Of a DNA stretch of 46,848 nucleotides, positions 8,788 through 18,766 are shown one piece after another. The position numbers and the translations under genes are program-made. Where the stretch lies: the NCBI GenBank assembly GCA_003224195.1, contig QHYP01000110.1, positions 1 to 46,848 of the forward strand. Reading direction: 5' to 3'. Below the pieces are notes generated by a model, which saw only the letters and a program-made list of their open reading frames with translations, did not search any database and had not been told where the DNA came from. Position 1 is the first letter of the stretch. Each line of letters opens with the position of its first letter. Source of the stretch: Acidobacteriota bacterium (GTDB taxonomy: Bacteria > Acidobacteriota > Terriglobia > Acidiferrales > UBA7541).

Positions 8788-10359
8788 TCAATGCAAAAAG
8801 TGCCGCATGCCCGTGAAGATCATGGCGACGCTGAGGCGGTCGGCGGCTGCGATCACTTCGTTGTCACGCACCGAGCCGCCGGGCTGAATCACGGCGGTCG
8901 CGCCGGCCTTCGCTGCCTCTTCGACGCCATCCGGAAATGGAAAGAACGCGTCCGAGGCCACGATGCTGCCCTGCAAAGACGTCCGCGCCTTCATCACCGC
9001 GATCTTCACGGAGTCCACGCGGCTCATCTGTCCCGCGCCGACGGCCAGCGTCGCGCCACCGCGCGCAAAAACGATGGCGTTGGACTTGACGTGCTTCGCC
9101 ACCTTCCAGGCGAAGCTCATCGTGTGCATCTCTTCCGCCGTGGGCGCACGCTTGCTCACCGTGCGCAGCTCGTTGTCGGCCAGCTCGCCAAGATCCGGCT
9201 CTTGGACGAGCACGCCGCCGGAAATCTGCTTGAGCTGTAGCGCGCGATTGGGATCGAGCCCGTTTGGCGGCAATTCGAGCAAACGAAGATTTTTCTTTGC
9301 GCCAAATGCTGTCCGCGCCTCTTCGTCAAACCCTGGAGCAACGATGCATTCCACAAACAGTTTGGCGACTTCCTGGGCCGTTGCGCCGTCCGCCACGCGA
9401 TTGAACGCCAGGACGCCGCCAAACGCCGAGACCGGGTCGCACGCGTAAGCCTTTGAGTACGCTTCGAGGAGCGTCTCTTGCTCGGCTGCACCACTGGGAT
9501 TGTTGTGTTTCATGATCACCGCCGCAGGACGCCGAAATTCCGCGGCGAGCGAGCGCGCCGCTTCCAAATCGGCAAGATTGTTGTAGGAGAGTTCCTTGCC
9601 CTGGAGTTGCTTCGCGGCAGCCAATCCCCGCGGTGCGCACCCGGCTGGAACATACAACGCCGCCGCCTGATGCGGATTTTCGCCGTAGCGCAACTGTCTC
9701 TGCCGCAGCAGCGCAATGTGTAGCCGCTGGGGAAGCGCGCCCTTTTCACCGAGTGCGACGCGTCCCGCGGCTGCCGAGAGCCGCTCCAGTTCCATCGCAA
9801 TCCGGCCATCGTAGCGCGAGGTCGCCGCATAGACCTTTCGCGCCAGCTCCAGCCGGGTTGTGAGCGAGGTGTCGCGCGCCGATTCCAACTCCGCCGCCAC
9901 GCGGTCATAATCGGCGGGATCGGTTACAACCGTCACGCTCTCGAAATTCTTCGCCGCTGAACGCAACATTGCCGGCCCGCCGATGTCGATGTTTTCGATC
10001 AACTCCTCCACGGTGAGCCCTGCCTTCGCTGCCGTCGATTCGAAGGGATAAAGATTCACGACGACAAGGTCAATCGGCAAGATACCGTGTTCGGCCGCCT
10101 GTTTGCGGTCTTCGGGGTGGCCGCGGCGAAAGAGCAGCCCTCCATGCACCTTGGGATGAAGCGTCTTCACGCGCCCGCCAAGCATTTCCGGCCAGCCGGT
10201 GAATTCGGACACGTCGCGCACCGGAACGCCCGCGTCACGCAGCAGCTTTGCCGTCCCGCCGGTGGAAAGGATCTCAATGCGCAGGGGAGTCAGCCGCTTC
10301 GCGAAATCCACGATTCCGGTCTTGTCAAAAACGCTGATCAGCGCGCGCTCGACCGCCAT
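8788..10359 (-). CDS. purH: Bifunctional AICAR transformylase/IMP cyclohydrolase
   Basis: RALISVFDKTG, STGGTA, GRVKTLHP, IDIGGP, LRYGENPHQ, ASDAFFPF, QPGGSVRD, MRHFLH. Confidence 0.98.
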   Translation of the reverse strand: MAVERALISVFDKTGIVDFAKRLTPLRIEILSTGGTAKLLRDAGVPVRDVSEFTGWPEMLGGRVKTLHPKVHGGLLFRRGHPEDRKQAAEHGILPIDLVVVNLYPFESTAAKAGLTVEELIENIDIGGPAMLRSAAKNFESVTVVTDPADYDRVAAELESARDTSLTTRLELARKVYAATSRYDGRIAMELERLSAAAGRVALGEKGALPQRLHIALLRQRQLRYGENPHQAAALYVPAGCAPRGLAAAKQLQGKELSYNNLADLEAARSLAAEFRRPAAVIMKHNNPSGAAEQETLLEAYSKAYACDPVSAFGGVLAFNRVADGATAQEVAKLFVECIVAPGFDEEARTAFGAKKNLRLLELPPNGLDPNRALQLKQISGGVLVQEPDLGELADNELRTVSKRAPTAEEMHTMSFAWKVAKHVKSNAIVFARGGATLAVGAGQMSRVDSVKIAVMKARTSLQGSIVASDAFFPFPDGVEEAAKAGATAVIQPGGSVRDNEVIAAADRLSVAMIFTGMRHFLH

Positions 10360-10441
10360 ATCATTCCTCCGCCGAGGGATGAAAACTGGAAATTCTACGT
10401 GGGGAGAGAAGATTGGGAAAGCCTAAACGGACGGAACCCGC

Positions 10442-11050
10442 TCAGGTCTTCACAAGAGCCTTCAATTTGGCCTGGCCGTCCACGACTTCCACGACGTACT
10501 CGACCTCCCGACAGCCCTTCTGCTTCTGGAGGTCTTTCGTTTTCTTGCGCACGAACTCGCGAAACCCCGCGCGCGTGAGCTTATCCGTGTGCTCGCCCGC
10601 CTTCTGCTTGGCCTCGAGGAAAGCCTTGTAGAGCTGCTCGACCTTTTCCGCCTCTTTGTCCGGTTCGGCGCAAATCACGCGGAACGCCGATGGCGCGGCC
10701 GCAGCCGACGTCTGCGCAACTTCCTTATGCGACCGTTCGGCCTCGATGGCTCTTGCAGCGGCGCCGAAGTGGCGCTGGATCTTGCCCTCTTCCTTCTGCT
10801 GGAAGCGTTTCCGGAAGACGTCCTTATACTTGGCGTAACTCTGCGTCAGGTTGCTGAAGCGAAAGCGTTGCGCGGACTTCAACTCTCCCATCCGCTCCGT
10901 GTAGCGTTTGACGAGCAACTCGATCCGCCACTCGATTTCCGTGGGCGGACGCTTGCGCCCGCCGCCGAAATACTGGTCATATTCGACCTTGAGCTGGCGG
11001 ATGTCCCTCTCGATCTGGTTCAGGTCTTCGTCAATGGTCGGAGGGGCCAT
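10442..11050 (-). CDS. Conserved helical hypothetical protein (resembles MXAN_5187 C-terminal domain proteins)
   Basis: LKVEYDQYFGGGRKRPP N-terminal motif and C-terminal V.DGQAKLKA; SD AGGCG; co-oriented upstream of purH. Family assignment is from memory of the motif. Confidence 0.65.
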   Translation of the reverse strand: MAPPTIDEDLNQIERDIRQLKVEYDQYFGGGRKRPPTEIEWRIELLVKRYTERMGELKSAQRFRFSNLTQSYAKYKDVFRKRFQQKEEGKIQRHFGAAARAIEAERSHKEVAQTSAAAAPSAFRVICAEPDKEAEKVEQLYKAFLEAKQKAGEHTDKLTRAGFREFVRKKTKDLQKQKGCREVEYVVEVVDGQAKLKALVKT

Positions 11051-11215
11051 AGGAGCGTTGCGCCTGTCTTGCCCATCCTAGGGGCCGGAGGCGGCCGCGT
11101 CAACCCGACGCGCGAGCGGGGATGCGCATCCGATAAGGAGCCTCCCGCACTGCCAGCGGGCTCGGTGCGATTCGGCGAGATTGCTCTGGCGCAATGCCTG
11201 TGCTGAAATGGCATC

Positions 11216-12649
11216 ATGGAAACCCGACCCAAACGCGCCCTCTCACGGGAGCAGTCCGAATTCCTGCGCCAGCTCCCTTCCGTGGACGAGCTTCTCGCGC
11301 AACCGAGGTTGAGCGCGCTCGGCAACCGCGTGGATCGGGGAATCCTGGTCGAAGTCGCGCGCGCGGTCCTGGCCGAGTTCCGCGCGCGAGTCACGGGGGA
11401 AATCGCTACGACGATCGTGGCGACGATGCAAACCGGAGACATCGAGGCACGGATCGCCGAGATGGTCGAACGCATTCTGGCGCATTCACTCGTCCCTGTA
11501 ATCAACGCTACGGGCGTGATTCTGCACACCAACCTGGGCCGCGCGCCTCTGCCCGCCGCGCTCACTGATCAACTGCGCCAGACCGCTACGCAATACTGCA
11601 ATCTCGAATACGATCTGGAAGCCGGCGCGCGCGGCAAGCGCGACGTGCACACCTCGCGTTTGATCGAGCGGCTGACCGGCGCCGAAGCCGCCATTGTCGT
11701 GAACAACTGCGCCGCCGCCATGCTGCTCTCACTGGCGGCGCTCGCCAAGGGCGGCGAAGTCATCGCCTCGCGCGGCGAGCTGATCGAAATCGGCGACGGC
11801 TTCCGCATACCGGAGATCATGGCGGAAAGCGGGGCCATTCTCCGCGAAGTTGGAACCACGAACCGCACGCGCATCACGGATTATGAAAAGGCCATCAACG
11901 AGCGCACGCGGCTGCTCCTGCGCGTCCACCCGTCGAATTTCCGCATCACCGGGTTCACCGAGCGCCCTTCGCTCGAAGAATTAGTGCAACTGGGCCACGA
12001 CGCTGACCTGCCTGTGATGGAAGACCTCGGCTCGGGCTGTGTCGTGGATCTCTCTGAAAACGGCATGAACGAGCCGCTTGTGCGACAAAGCCTTCAGTGC
12101 GGCGTGACGCTCGTCGCCTTCAGCGGGGATAAACTGCTTGGCGGGCCGCAAGCCGGAATCATCGCTGGAAGAAAAGACCTGGTCGCGAGAATTCGCCGCT
12201 ACCCGCTCTTTCGCGCGCTGCGTGTGGACAAGCTGACCATCACCGCACTCGAAGTCACGCTTGGCGCTTATCTCCGCGGCACGCTCGACGAAATCCCCGC
12301 TCTGCGCATGATCCGCACGGACGCGAAGGAGCTTCGCCGCCGCGCGGAGAACCTTGTGCGTGAGCTGCGCGCCGGATTGCCGCTCGACGAAGTCGAGCTC
12401 GAAATTGTGGAGGGCACTTCGCTGGTGGGCGGCGGCTCGACGCCCGACCAGTCGCTTCCGACGCCGCTTATCCGCATCGCCAGCGTGCGCTATTCGGTGG
12501 CCCAACTCGAGGAGCGTCTGCGCCGGGCGCCGAGGGGCATTTCCGTCATCGCGCGCGTCGCGGACGACCGCCTGGTGCTTGACCTGCGCACTGTTTTCCC
12601 CGAGCAGGAGCCGCTTCTCATCTCCACTCTCTCCGCTGTGCTGCTCTAA
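11216..12649 (+). CDS. selA: L-seryl-tRNA(Sec) selenium transferase
   Basis: VINATGVILHTNLGRA, NLEYDL, VNNCAAA, SRGELIEIG, EVGTTNRT, VHPSNF, DLGSG and the PLP-Lys motif FSGDKLLGGPQAG. Confidence 0.97.
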   Translation: METRPKRALSREQSEFLRQLPSVDELLAQPRLSALGNRVDRGILVEVARAVLAEFRARVTGEIATTIVATMQTGDIEARIAEMVERILAHSLVPVINATGVILHTNLGRAPLPAALTDQLRQTATQYCNLEYDLEAGARGKRDVHTSRLIERLTGAEAAIVVNNCAAAMLLSLAALAKGGEVIASRGELIEIGDGFRIPEIMAESGAILREVGTTNRTRITDYEKAINERTRLLLRVHPSNFRITGFTERPSLEELVQLGHDADLPVMEDLGSGCVVDLSENGMNEPLVRQSLQCGVTLVAFSGDKLLGGPQAGIIAGRKDLVARIRRYPLFRALRVDKLTITALEVTLGAYLRGTLDEIPALRMIRTDAKELRRRAENLVRELRAGLPLDEVELEIVEGTSLVGGGSTPDQSLPTPLIRIASVRYSVAQLEERLRRAPRGISVIARVADDRLVLDLRTVFPEQEPLLISTLSAVLL

Positions 12650-12666
12650 TCCACCTCACATTGCAT

Positions 12667-13644
12667 ATGCTTGCCTTCACCGTCCGCAACCGACGCCTTG
12701 TTCGCACGGACAAGCCGCTTCCACGGCTCCGGCCCGGGTGGGCCCTGATTCAGATGCGCCTGGCAGGCATCTGCAATACCGACATCGAGATTTTGCGCGG
12801 TTATCACAACTTTCGGGGAACCCCCGGCCACGAATTTATCGGTGAAGTAAAAGACGTGCGCGGCTCCGCGCTCGAACGCGCGCGCTGGATCGGCCGGCGC
12901 GTCGTGGGCGAAATCAATATCGGCTGCGCGGCACTCGGTTTCCGCCCGCTGTGCCGTTTTTGCCGCAGCGGCCTGAAAACGCACTGCGCGCGGCGCAAAG
13001 TTCTCGGCATCGTCGCGCACGACGGCACTTTTGCAGAATGTCTCGCGCTGCCGCTCGAAAATCTTCATGCCGTGCCGGACAGCATGCCCGATGAAATCGC
13101 TGTTTTCACTGAGCCTCTTGCGGCCGCGTGCGAAATCCTCGAGCAACTGCCGGTACGGCGCTTCCGCGAAGTTGCTGTCCTCGGCGACGGCAAGCTCGCC
13201 CACTTGGTCGCGCAAGCACTTTGCTGTGCGGGATTGCGCGTCATTATGTTTGGTAAACACGAAAAAAAACTGGCGCTGGCACGCCGCAGGGGAATTGCGA
13301 CGCAGCGGGTGCGCGGCGACGCCTCTGATTCTGCCCGCATCAAGCGCAGTTTTCCGCTCGTCATTGAAGCCACCGGCTCACCGACTGGCCTGGCGCTGGC
13401 CCAGCACATGACCGAACCACGCGGCACGCTCGTCTTGAAATCCACCTTTCACGGCACGTCGCCGGCCGAGACCTGGCCCATCGTGGTGAAAGAGATCGAC
13501 GTGATCGGCTCGCGCTGCGGTCCGTTCAGCAGGGCACTTGCACTACTCCGCACGAAGAAAGCTGATCCACGTCCTCTCATTTCGCGCACCTTCTCCCTCG
13601 CCGAAGCGCCGCGCGCGGTGCTGAAAGTCCTCCTGAAAACATGA
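12667..13644 (+). CDS. Zinc-dependent medium-chain dehydrogenase
   Basis: AGICNTD, GHEF.G, VVGEINIGC...CRFC...HC structural Zn site, EPLAAA, GDGKL, GSRCGPF. Confidence 0.88.
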   Translation: MLAFTVRNRRLVRTDKPLPRLRPGWALIQMRLAGICNTDIEILRGYHNFRGTPGHEFIGEVKDVRGSALERARWIGRRVVGEINIGCAALGFRPLCRFCRSGLKTHCARRKVLGIVAHDGTFAECLALPLENLHAVPDSMPDEIAVFTEPLAAACEILEQLPVRRFREVAVLGDGKLAHLVAQALCCAGLRVIMFGKHEKKLALARRRGIATQRVRGDASDSARIKRSFPLVIEATGSPTGLALAQHMTEPRGTLVLKSTFHGTSPAETWPIVVKEIDVIGSRCGPFSRALALLRTKKADPRPLISRTFSLAEAPRAVLKVLLKT

Positions 13645-13717
13645 GGCAGAGAGTCGAGAGCAGCAGGAACCCGCGGAAATAGGCGAGCGCAGGAGCGCTC
13701 CGCATTTGTGCGGCTTC

Positions 13718-14479
13718 TTAGAGCCGGTTAATGCAGGAGGCGACGCAGGCCGCGCCGAAACCATTGTCGATGTTCACTACAGTCACGTTCGACGCGCAAC
13801 TGTTCAGCATCCCCAGCAGCGCCGTGATCCCGCCAAAACTCGCGCCGTAGCCCGTGCTGGTCGGCACGGCGATCACCGGCACCCCGACCAGCCCGCCGAC
13901 CACGCTGGGCAGCGCGCCTTCCATTCCTGCGATGCAGATAATCACGCGCGCTTTCGCGAGCGCCCGGCGATGCTCAAGCAGCCGGTGAATTCCCGCCACG
14001 CCGACGTCATAAAGATGCTCGACTTGGTTGCCCATCATCCGCACAGTTAGGACAGCCTCTTCCGCAACGGGAATGTCGCTCGTCCCCGCGGAGACCACGA
14101 GGATCAAGCCTTTCCCCGTAATTTCGCGATTGCGCTCGATCGTTATGACGCCCGAGAGTGGATGGAATTTCGCTGCGCGGCTCGCGCGCCGCACCGCTGC
14201 ATAGATTTTCGCGTCGGCGCGAGTAACCAGAACATTCTGGCGCGAAGACTTCGCCCCGAGCATCGCCCGGACAATCTCCGCCACCTGAGCCGGTGTTTTG
14301 CCCTTTGCGAGAATGACCTCGGCATACCCCTGACGCAGCGAGCGGTAGCGGTGATGGTCCACTTTTGCGAATCCGATATCTTCAAACGGCGGATGCTTCA
14401 GTCGCTCGATGGCCCTCGCGGGGGGAAGGTTTCCCGCGCGGACAGACTCCAAAAGTTTCAACAATTCGCGCTGATCCAT
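13718..14479 (-). CDS. larB: Nickel-pincer cofactor biosynthesis protein LarB (PurE-like)
   Basis: FAKVDHHR, GKTP, SAGTSDIPVAEEA, DVGVAGIHRL, AGMEGALPSVV, AVPTSTGYG, MLNSC, VVNIDNGFGA. Confidence 0.93.
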   Translation of the reverse strand: MDQRELLKLLESVRAGNLPPARAIERLKHPPFEDIGFAKVDHHRYRSLRQGYAEVILAKGKTPAQVAEIVRAMLGAKSSRQNVLVTRADAKIYAAVRRASRAAKFHPLSGVITIERNREITGKGLILVVSAGTSDIPVAEEAVLTVRMMGNQVEHLYDVGVAGIHRLLEHRRALAKARVIICIAGMEGALPSVVGGLVGVPVIAVPTSTGYGASFGGITALLGMLNSCASNVTVVNIDNGFGAACVASCINRL

Positions 14480-14578
14480 ACAGTTCAACTGCAGCGAATT
14501 CTATCATTGCCCCGCTGCCCAGCCGCCGCTTGACTTGGCCCGAGGCCGCTGCGAGACTGAATCTCTCCGCGCAAAACC

Positions 14579-15214
14579 ATGCCCAACCGTGAAGGACGCA
14601 TCATCACCGTGGGTGTGACCGGCGCGAGCGGAGCCCTGCTTGCGCAAGCGGCGTTGCGCATTCTCGAGGACGACGCCCGCGTCACGCGCGTCCATCTTGT
14701 GGTTTCCGACGCTGGCCAGCGCCTTTTTGCCACCGAACTCGAGGTCACTTCCGGCGACTTGAAACAGCTTCCGCAACGGGTCTTGGGCAGGCCGTCAACA
14801 AAAATCGAAACCCTGCCGAATCACGACGTCGGCGCATCGATCGCCTCCGGCAGCTACCCCGTGGACGCGATGATCGTGATTCCCTGCTCGATGGGCACGC
14901 TCGCCTCGATCGCGAATGGCACGAGCGAAGACCTGATTGCCCGCGCTGCCGACGTGATGCTCAAGGAATGCCGCAAACTCGTGCTGTGCATACGCGACAC
15001 GCCCTTCAGCCGCATCCACCTAGAAAACATGCTGCGCGCGCAGCAAGCCGGCGCGTTGATCATGCCCGCGATTCCGTCCTTTTACCACCAGCCCAAAACG
15101 ATTGACGACCTCGCAACGCAGTACGTCTGCCGCGTGCTGGCGCAGATCGGCCTCCCGCAGGAGCGCATGTACCGCTGGCCGGGGCAAAGCGCAAGCAAGG
15201 CAAAACAGGCGTAA
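14579..15214 (+). CDS. ubiX: Flavin prenyltransferase
   Basis: VGVTGASGA, ASIASGS, PCSMGTLASIA, RAADV.LKE, HLENML, PSFYH.P. Confidence 0.93.
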   Translation: MPNREGRIITVGVTGASGALLAQAALRILEDDARVTRVHLVVSDAGQRLFATELEVTSGDLKQLPQRVLGRPSTKIETLPNHDVGASIASGSYPVDAMIVIPCSMGTLASIANGTSEDLIARAADVMLKECRKLVLCIRDTPFSRIHLENMLRAQQAGALIMPAIPSFYHQPKTIDDLATQYVCRVLAQIGLPQERMYRWPGQSASKAKQA

Positions 15215-15220
15215 CCACCG

Positions 15221-16093
15221 ATGGCGAACCGCATCCGCACCGTGCTGGAAATGATCAAGTTCGAGCACTCGGTCTTCGCTCTCCCGTTTGCGCTGACCGG
15301 GGCTCTGCTCGCCGCGCGCGCCACCACGCATGGCTGGCCGACGCTTCGCCAGATCGCGTGGATCCTTGCGGCCATGGTCGCGGCGCGCTCCGCGGCCATG
15401 ACCATGAATCGCATCGCCGATTTGCGCTATGACCGCGAAAACCCACGCACGCAACGGCGGGCGCTCGTCACCGGCGCCTTGTCTCTCCCCTTCGCATGGA
15501 GTTTCACGCTTATAGCAGCTGCGCTCTTCCTCATTGCGGCCTGGCAATTGAATCGGCTGGCGCTCGAGCTCGCCCCGATCGCACTGGCTATTTTATTCCT
15601 CTACTCGTACACCAAACGCTTCACGACGTGGTCGCATCTCGTCCTCGGTTCTTGCCTGGGCATTTCACCGGCGGCGGCGTGGATCGCGGTCACCGGCAGC
15701 CTCGACCCGCGCATGTTGATTCTCTGCGCCGCCGTAACACTCTGGGTCAGCGGTTTCGATGTGCTCTATGCCTGCCAGGATGTGGAGTTCGACCGCCGCG
15801 CAGGTCTCTACTCGATTCCGAAGCGTTTCGGCATCGCCCGAGCACTCTGGATCGCGCGCATCATGCACGTCTTGGTCGTTGCGCTGCTCACCTGGCTTGC
15901 CGCAAGCTTCGCTCTCCCTTGGCCCGCATGGGCCGGCGTCGCCGCGGTTGGCCTGCTTCTCGGTTACGAACACTCTCTTGTCAAGTCCAACGACCTCAGC
16001 CGGCTCGATGCTGCGTTTTTCACAGTGAACGGCTATATTAGTCTTTTGTTTCTTTTGTTCTGGGGCGCGGCCGTGGCAGTTTGGCGCGTTTGA
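15221..16093 (+). CDS. ubiA: UbiA-family polyprenyltransferase (MqnP-like)
   Basis: MIKFEHSVFALPFA, ARSAAM..NRIAD..YD..NPRT, YSYTKRFT, GFDVLYACQD; sits between ubiX and mqnE. Confidence 0.9.
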   Translation: MANRIRTVLEMIKFEHSVFALPFALTGALLAARATTHGWPTLRQIAWILAAMVAARSAAMTMNRIADLRYDRENPRTQRRALVTGALSLPFAWSFTLIAAALFLIAAWQLNRLALELAPIALAILFLYSYTKRFTTWSHLVLGSCLGISPAAAWIAVTGSLDPRMLILCAAVTLWVSGFDVLYACQDVEFDRRAGLYSIPKRFGIARALWIARIMHVLVVALLTWLAASFALPWPAWAGVAAVGLLLGYEHSLVKSNDLSRLDAAFFTVNGYISLLFLLFWGAAVAVWRV

Positions 16094-16112
16094 AAGTTCC
16101 GGCGGATTCGCA

Positions 16113-17267
16113 ATGGGCGAAATCACATTCAACGACCAGCATCTGAAGCCGATCGCCGATAAAGTCCTCGCCGGCGAGCGTCTCAGCTTCGACGACGGCA
16201 TCGCGCTTTATCGCTCACCGGATCTCCTTGCCGTCGGCTGGCTCGCGAATCAAGTCCGCGAAAGGCGCCACGGCAACATCACCTACTACAACGTCAATCG
16301 CCACATCAATCCGACCAACGTCTGCGTCGCCCATTGCAAGCTTTGCGCCTTCGGCCGCGATCCCGATGCCGCCGGCGCTTACACCTTCGCCCTGGAAGAG
16401 ATTTACGCACGCGCCGAGCAGGGCGTCCGCGAAGGCGCCACCGAATTTCACATCGTCGGCGGCCTCCATCCGGATCTACCCTTCGACTATTTCCTGGATC
16501 TCGTCCGCGGGCTGAAAGAACGCTGCCCCACGGTGCATTTGAAGGCCTTTACCATGGTTGAGGTCGGCTACTTCGCCCGCATCGCGAAACTGACGATCCG
16601 AGAAACGCTTCTGAAGCTCAAACAGGCTGGGGTCGATTCGCTGCCCGGTGGCGGCGCGGAAATTTTCCATCCCCGCGTCCGAAAAATCATCTGTGATCAC
16701 AAGGTCAGCGGTCAAATGTGGCTGGACATCGCGCGCACGGCCCACGAAATCGGCCTGCGTTCAAACGCAACCATGCTTTACGGGCACGTTGAAACCGAAG
16801 AAGAGCGCGTCGATCACCTCATCAGGCTCCGCGAACTGCAGGACGAAACGCGCGGCTTTGTCGCCTTCATTCCTCTGGCATTTCACCCGGACAACACCGC
16901 TCTCTCGCACATTCCGAAACCCACCGGCTACGCCGACCTGAAAAACATCGCCGTTGCGCGCCTGCTGCTCGACAATTTCGACCACATCAAAGCCTACTGG
17001 ATCATGCTCACGCCGAGCATCGCGCAGATCGCGTTGCGGTTCGGCGCGAATGATCTTGACGGCACAGTGGCGGAGGAAAAAATTTACCACGACGCTGGCG
17101 CCAAAACGGAGCAGTTCACTCCGCGCGCCGAGCTCGAGCGGCTCATCCGCGCCGCGGGCCGCATCCCGGTCGAGCGCGACACGCTCTATCGCCCGGTGGA
17201 CCGCTCGAAGATGCCGCCGCCGCCGGCAGGGCGCACGGATGTCGTCACTCTAACGCTTAACGTGTAG
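16113..17267 (+). CDS. mqnE: Aminofutalosine synthase (radical SAM)
   Basis: NRHINPTNVCVAHCKLCAF, EFHIVGG, HLKAFT, LPGGGAEIF, NATMLYGH, HIKAYW, EEKIYHDAGA. Confidence 0.92.
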   Translation: MGEITFNDQHLKPIADKVLAGERLSFDDGIALYRSPDLLAVGWLANQVRERRHGNITYYNVNRHINPTNVCVAHCKLCAFGRDPDAAGAYTFALEEIYARAEQGVREGATEFHIVGGLHPDLPFDYFLDLVRGLKERCPTVHLKAFTMVEVGYFARIAKLTIRETLLKLKQAGVDSLPGGGAEIFHPRVRKIICDHKVSGQMWLDIARTAHEIGLRSNATMLYGHVETEEERVDHLIRLRELQDETRGFVAFIPLAFHPDNTALSHIPKPTGYADLKNIAVARLLLDNFDHIKAYWIMLTPSIAQIALRFGANDLDGTVAEEKIYHDAGAKTEQFTPRAELERLIRAAGRIPVERDTLYRPVDRSKMPPPPAGRTDVVTLTLNV

Positions 17268-17438
17268 TGTGGCCCTGGCCGGCATGAACGATCCCCGCCG
17301 ATGCTACTTCTTCGTGCGATGTGCCGCGGGCGATACCGATTTCTGGTCGCCGAAACCGAAACGTACTTTGGCTCGCGGAACAATTGAGGCTCCCAAGACA
17401 AAGATCGAAAAGAAATAGTAGACCGCGCGGAGCGGGAA

Positions 17439-18188
17439 TTATTCGCCGAGACGCCGTGGCCGCCAGACAACGACGTCCTGCCGCCGGGCGAAATGCAGCA
17501 GCGCCGGGTCCGCCGGCAACGCAATTCCGGCGGCGGCTGCCATCGTGTTCCGCTCGACATTCGCTTCCGCCATCTGCAGCATCCACGGCGGATGGTGGAT
17601 TTCCGCCCGAAAGATCTGCCCACCTGCATTCGCCGCATAGAGGCAATAGCGCTCGGTCAAAAAATGTTCAAGCGTGCCAGGCCGCGCTTGAAAAACTTCG
17701 TCGATGGGACGGTATTGGCAAGAGAGTTCGGCAAAAGGCGCGCCGCGATGCATTCGCTCACTACGATAGACAATCCAGCCATCCCCCTCGCGAAGCGACA
17801 TCCGTGCGCGAAAATACGGCAAATGAAACCAGGCGCGCGCAATCGCCACCGCGATGGGATTCCCCGCATCAAGACTGAAAAACCAAACCCCGGGTTTGCC
17901 GCTGGAGACGACGTAGGTTCGAACATTCAGTTCCGCAAACGCTGAAAGCCACGGTAAGGCCGGTGCCCCGCGCAGCCGCACGCCGTTCATCCAGAATGGC
18001 ACCACGCTGACCCAGCATTGTTCCTGAAACATGTCCAGCTCCAAATCCGCAGGTAGGAGTGGCCGAAGCATCGCTGCGGGCGCGGTCCAGTGCGCGAATA
18101 GCAAATCATGCCAAGTCTGCGCCATAATCCACGGGCCCAGGGGCACTGCCCACGGCCGGTGCTTGACTTCCCTGAGAATGGCTCTCAT
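17439..18188 (-). CDS. DUF2071/YqjF family protein
   Basis: HRPW, QTWHDLLFAHW, ELNVRTYV, PGVWFFSLDA, FLTERYCLY, IHHPPW. ATG at 18188. Confidence 0.88.
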   Translation of the reverse strand: MRAILREVKHRPWAVPLGPWIMAQTWHDLLFAHWTAPAAMLRPLLPADLELDMFQEQCWVSVVPFWMNGVRLRGAPALPWLSAFAELNVRTYVVSSGKPGVWFFSLDAGNPIAVAIARAWFHLPYFRARMSLREGDGWIVYRSERMHRGAPFAELSCQYRPIDEVFQARPGTLEHFLTERYCLYAANAGGQIFRAEIHHPPWMLQMAEANVERNTMAAAAGIALPADPALLHFARRQDVVVWRPRRLGE

Positions 18189-18301
18189 TGAGGAATTGCT
18201 CGACGCAAGCGGCCCATCTGGGCAATATACCCATACTCGCATCTCAGGAATCGAATTCTCTAGTTTGGAATTCTCTGAACGAGCGGAAGGGGGCGAAACA
18301 C

Positions 18302-18727
18302 ATGCAGCGCAAGGCAACGGCGGTCTGGCAGGGCGGTTTGAAGGATGGCAAAGGCACACTTTCGACCGAGAGCGGCGTCTTGAAGCAGTCGCAATATTCT
18401 TTCAGCACGCGCTTCGAGAACGGCGTCGGCACCAACCCCGAAGAGCTTCTTGCCGCGGCCCATGCCGGCTGCTTCACCATGGCCCTCTCCGCACAACTCG
18501 GCAACGCGGGGATGACTGCGCAGAAGCTCGAAACCTCCGCCACTATCACACTGGAAAAATTGGCCGACGGCTTCGCCATTACCAAAAGCCATCTCGATCT
18601 TGTCGCTCGCGTCCCGGGTGCGGACAAATCCAAATTCGACGCCGCCGTCAAAGCCGCCGAGACCGGCTGCCCGGTCTCCAAGCTCTTCAAGGCCGAAATA
18701 TCTGTCAACGCGCGCCTGGAAGCCTGA
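18302..18727 (+). CDS. osmC: OsmC family peroxiredoxin
   Basis: AVWQG.LK.GKG, YSFSTRFE.G.GTNPEELLAAAHAGCF, GCPVSK. Confidence 0.93.
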   Translation: MQRKATAVWQGGLKDGKGTLSTESGVLKQSQYSFSTRFENGVGTNPEELLAAAHAGCFTMALSAQLGNAGMTAQKLETSATITLEKLADGFAITKSHLDLVARVPGADKSKFDAAVKAAETGCPVSKLFKAEISVNARLEA

Positions 18728-18766
18728 GCCATTGCCGCGATCGCTAGAACGGATTAGATTCCCCTC

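Noticed and set aside
17284-17418. 44-codon ORF (MNDPRRCYFF...) after mqnE
   Set aside because: No SD and no recognisable homology; cannot be supported.
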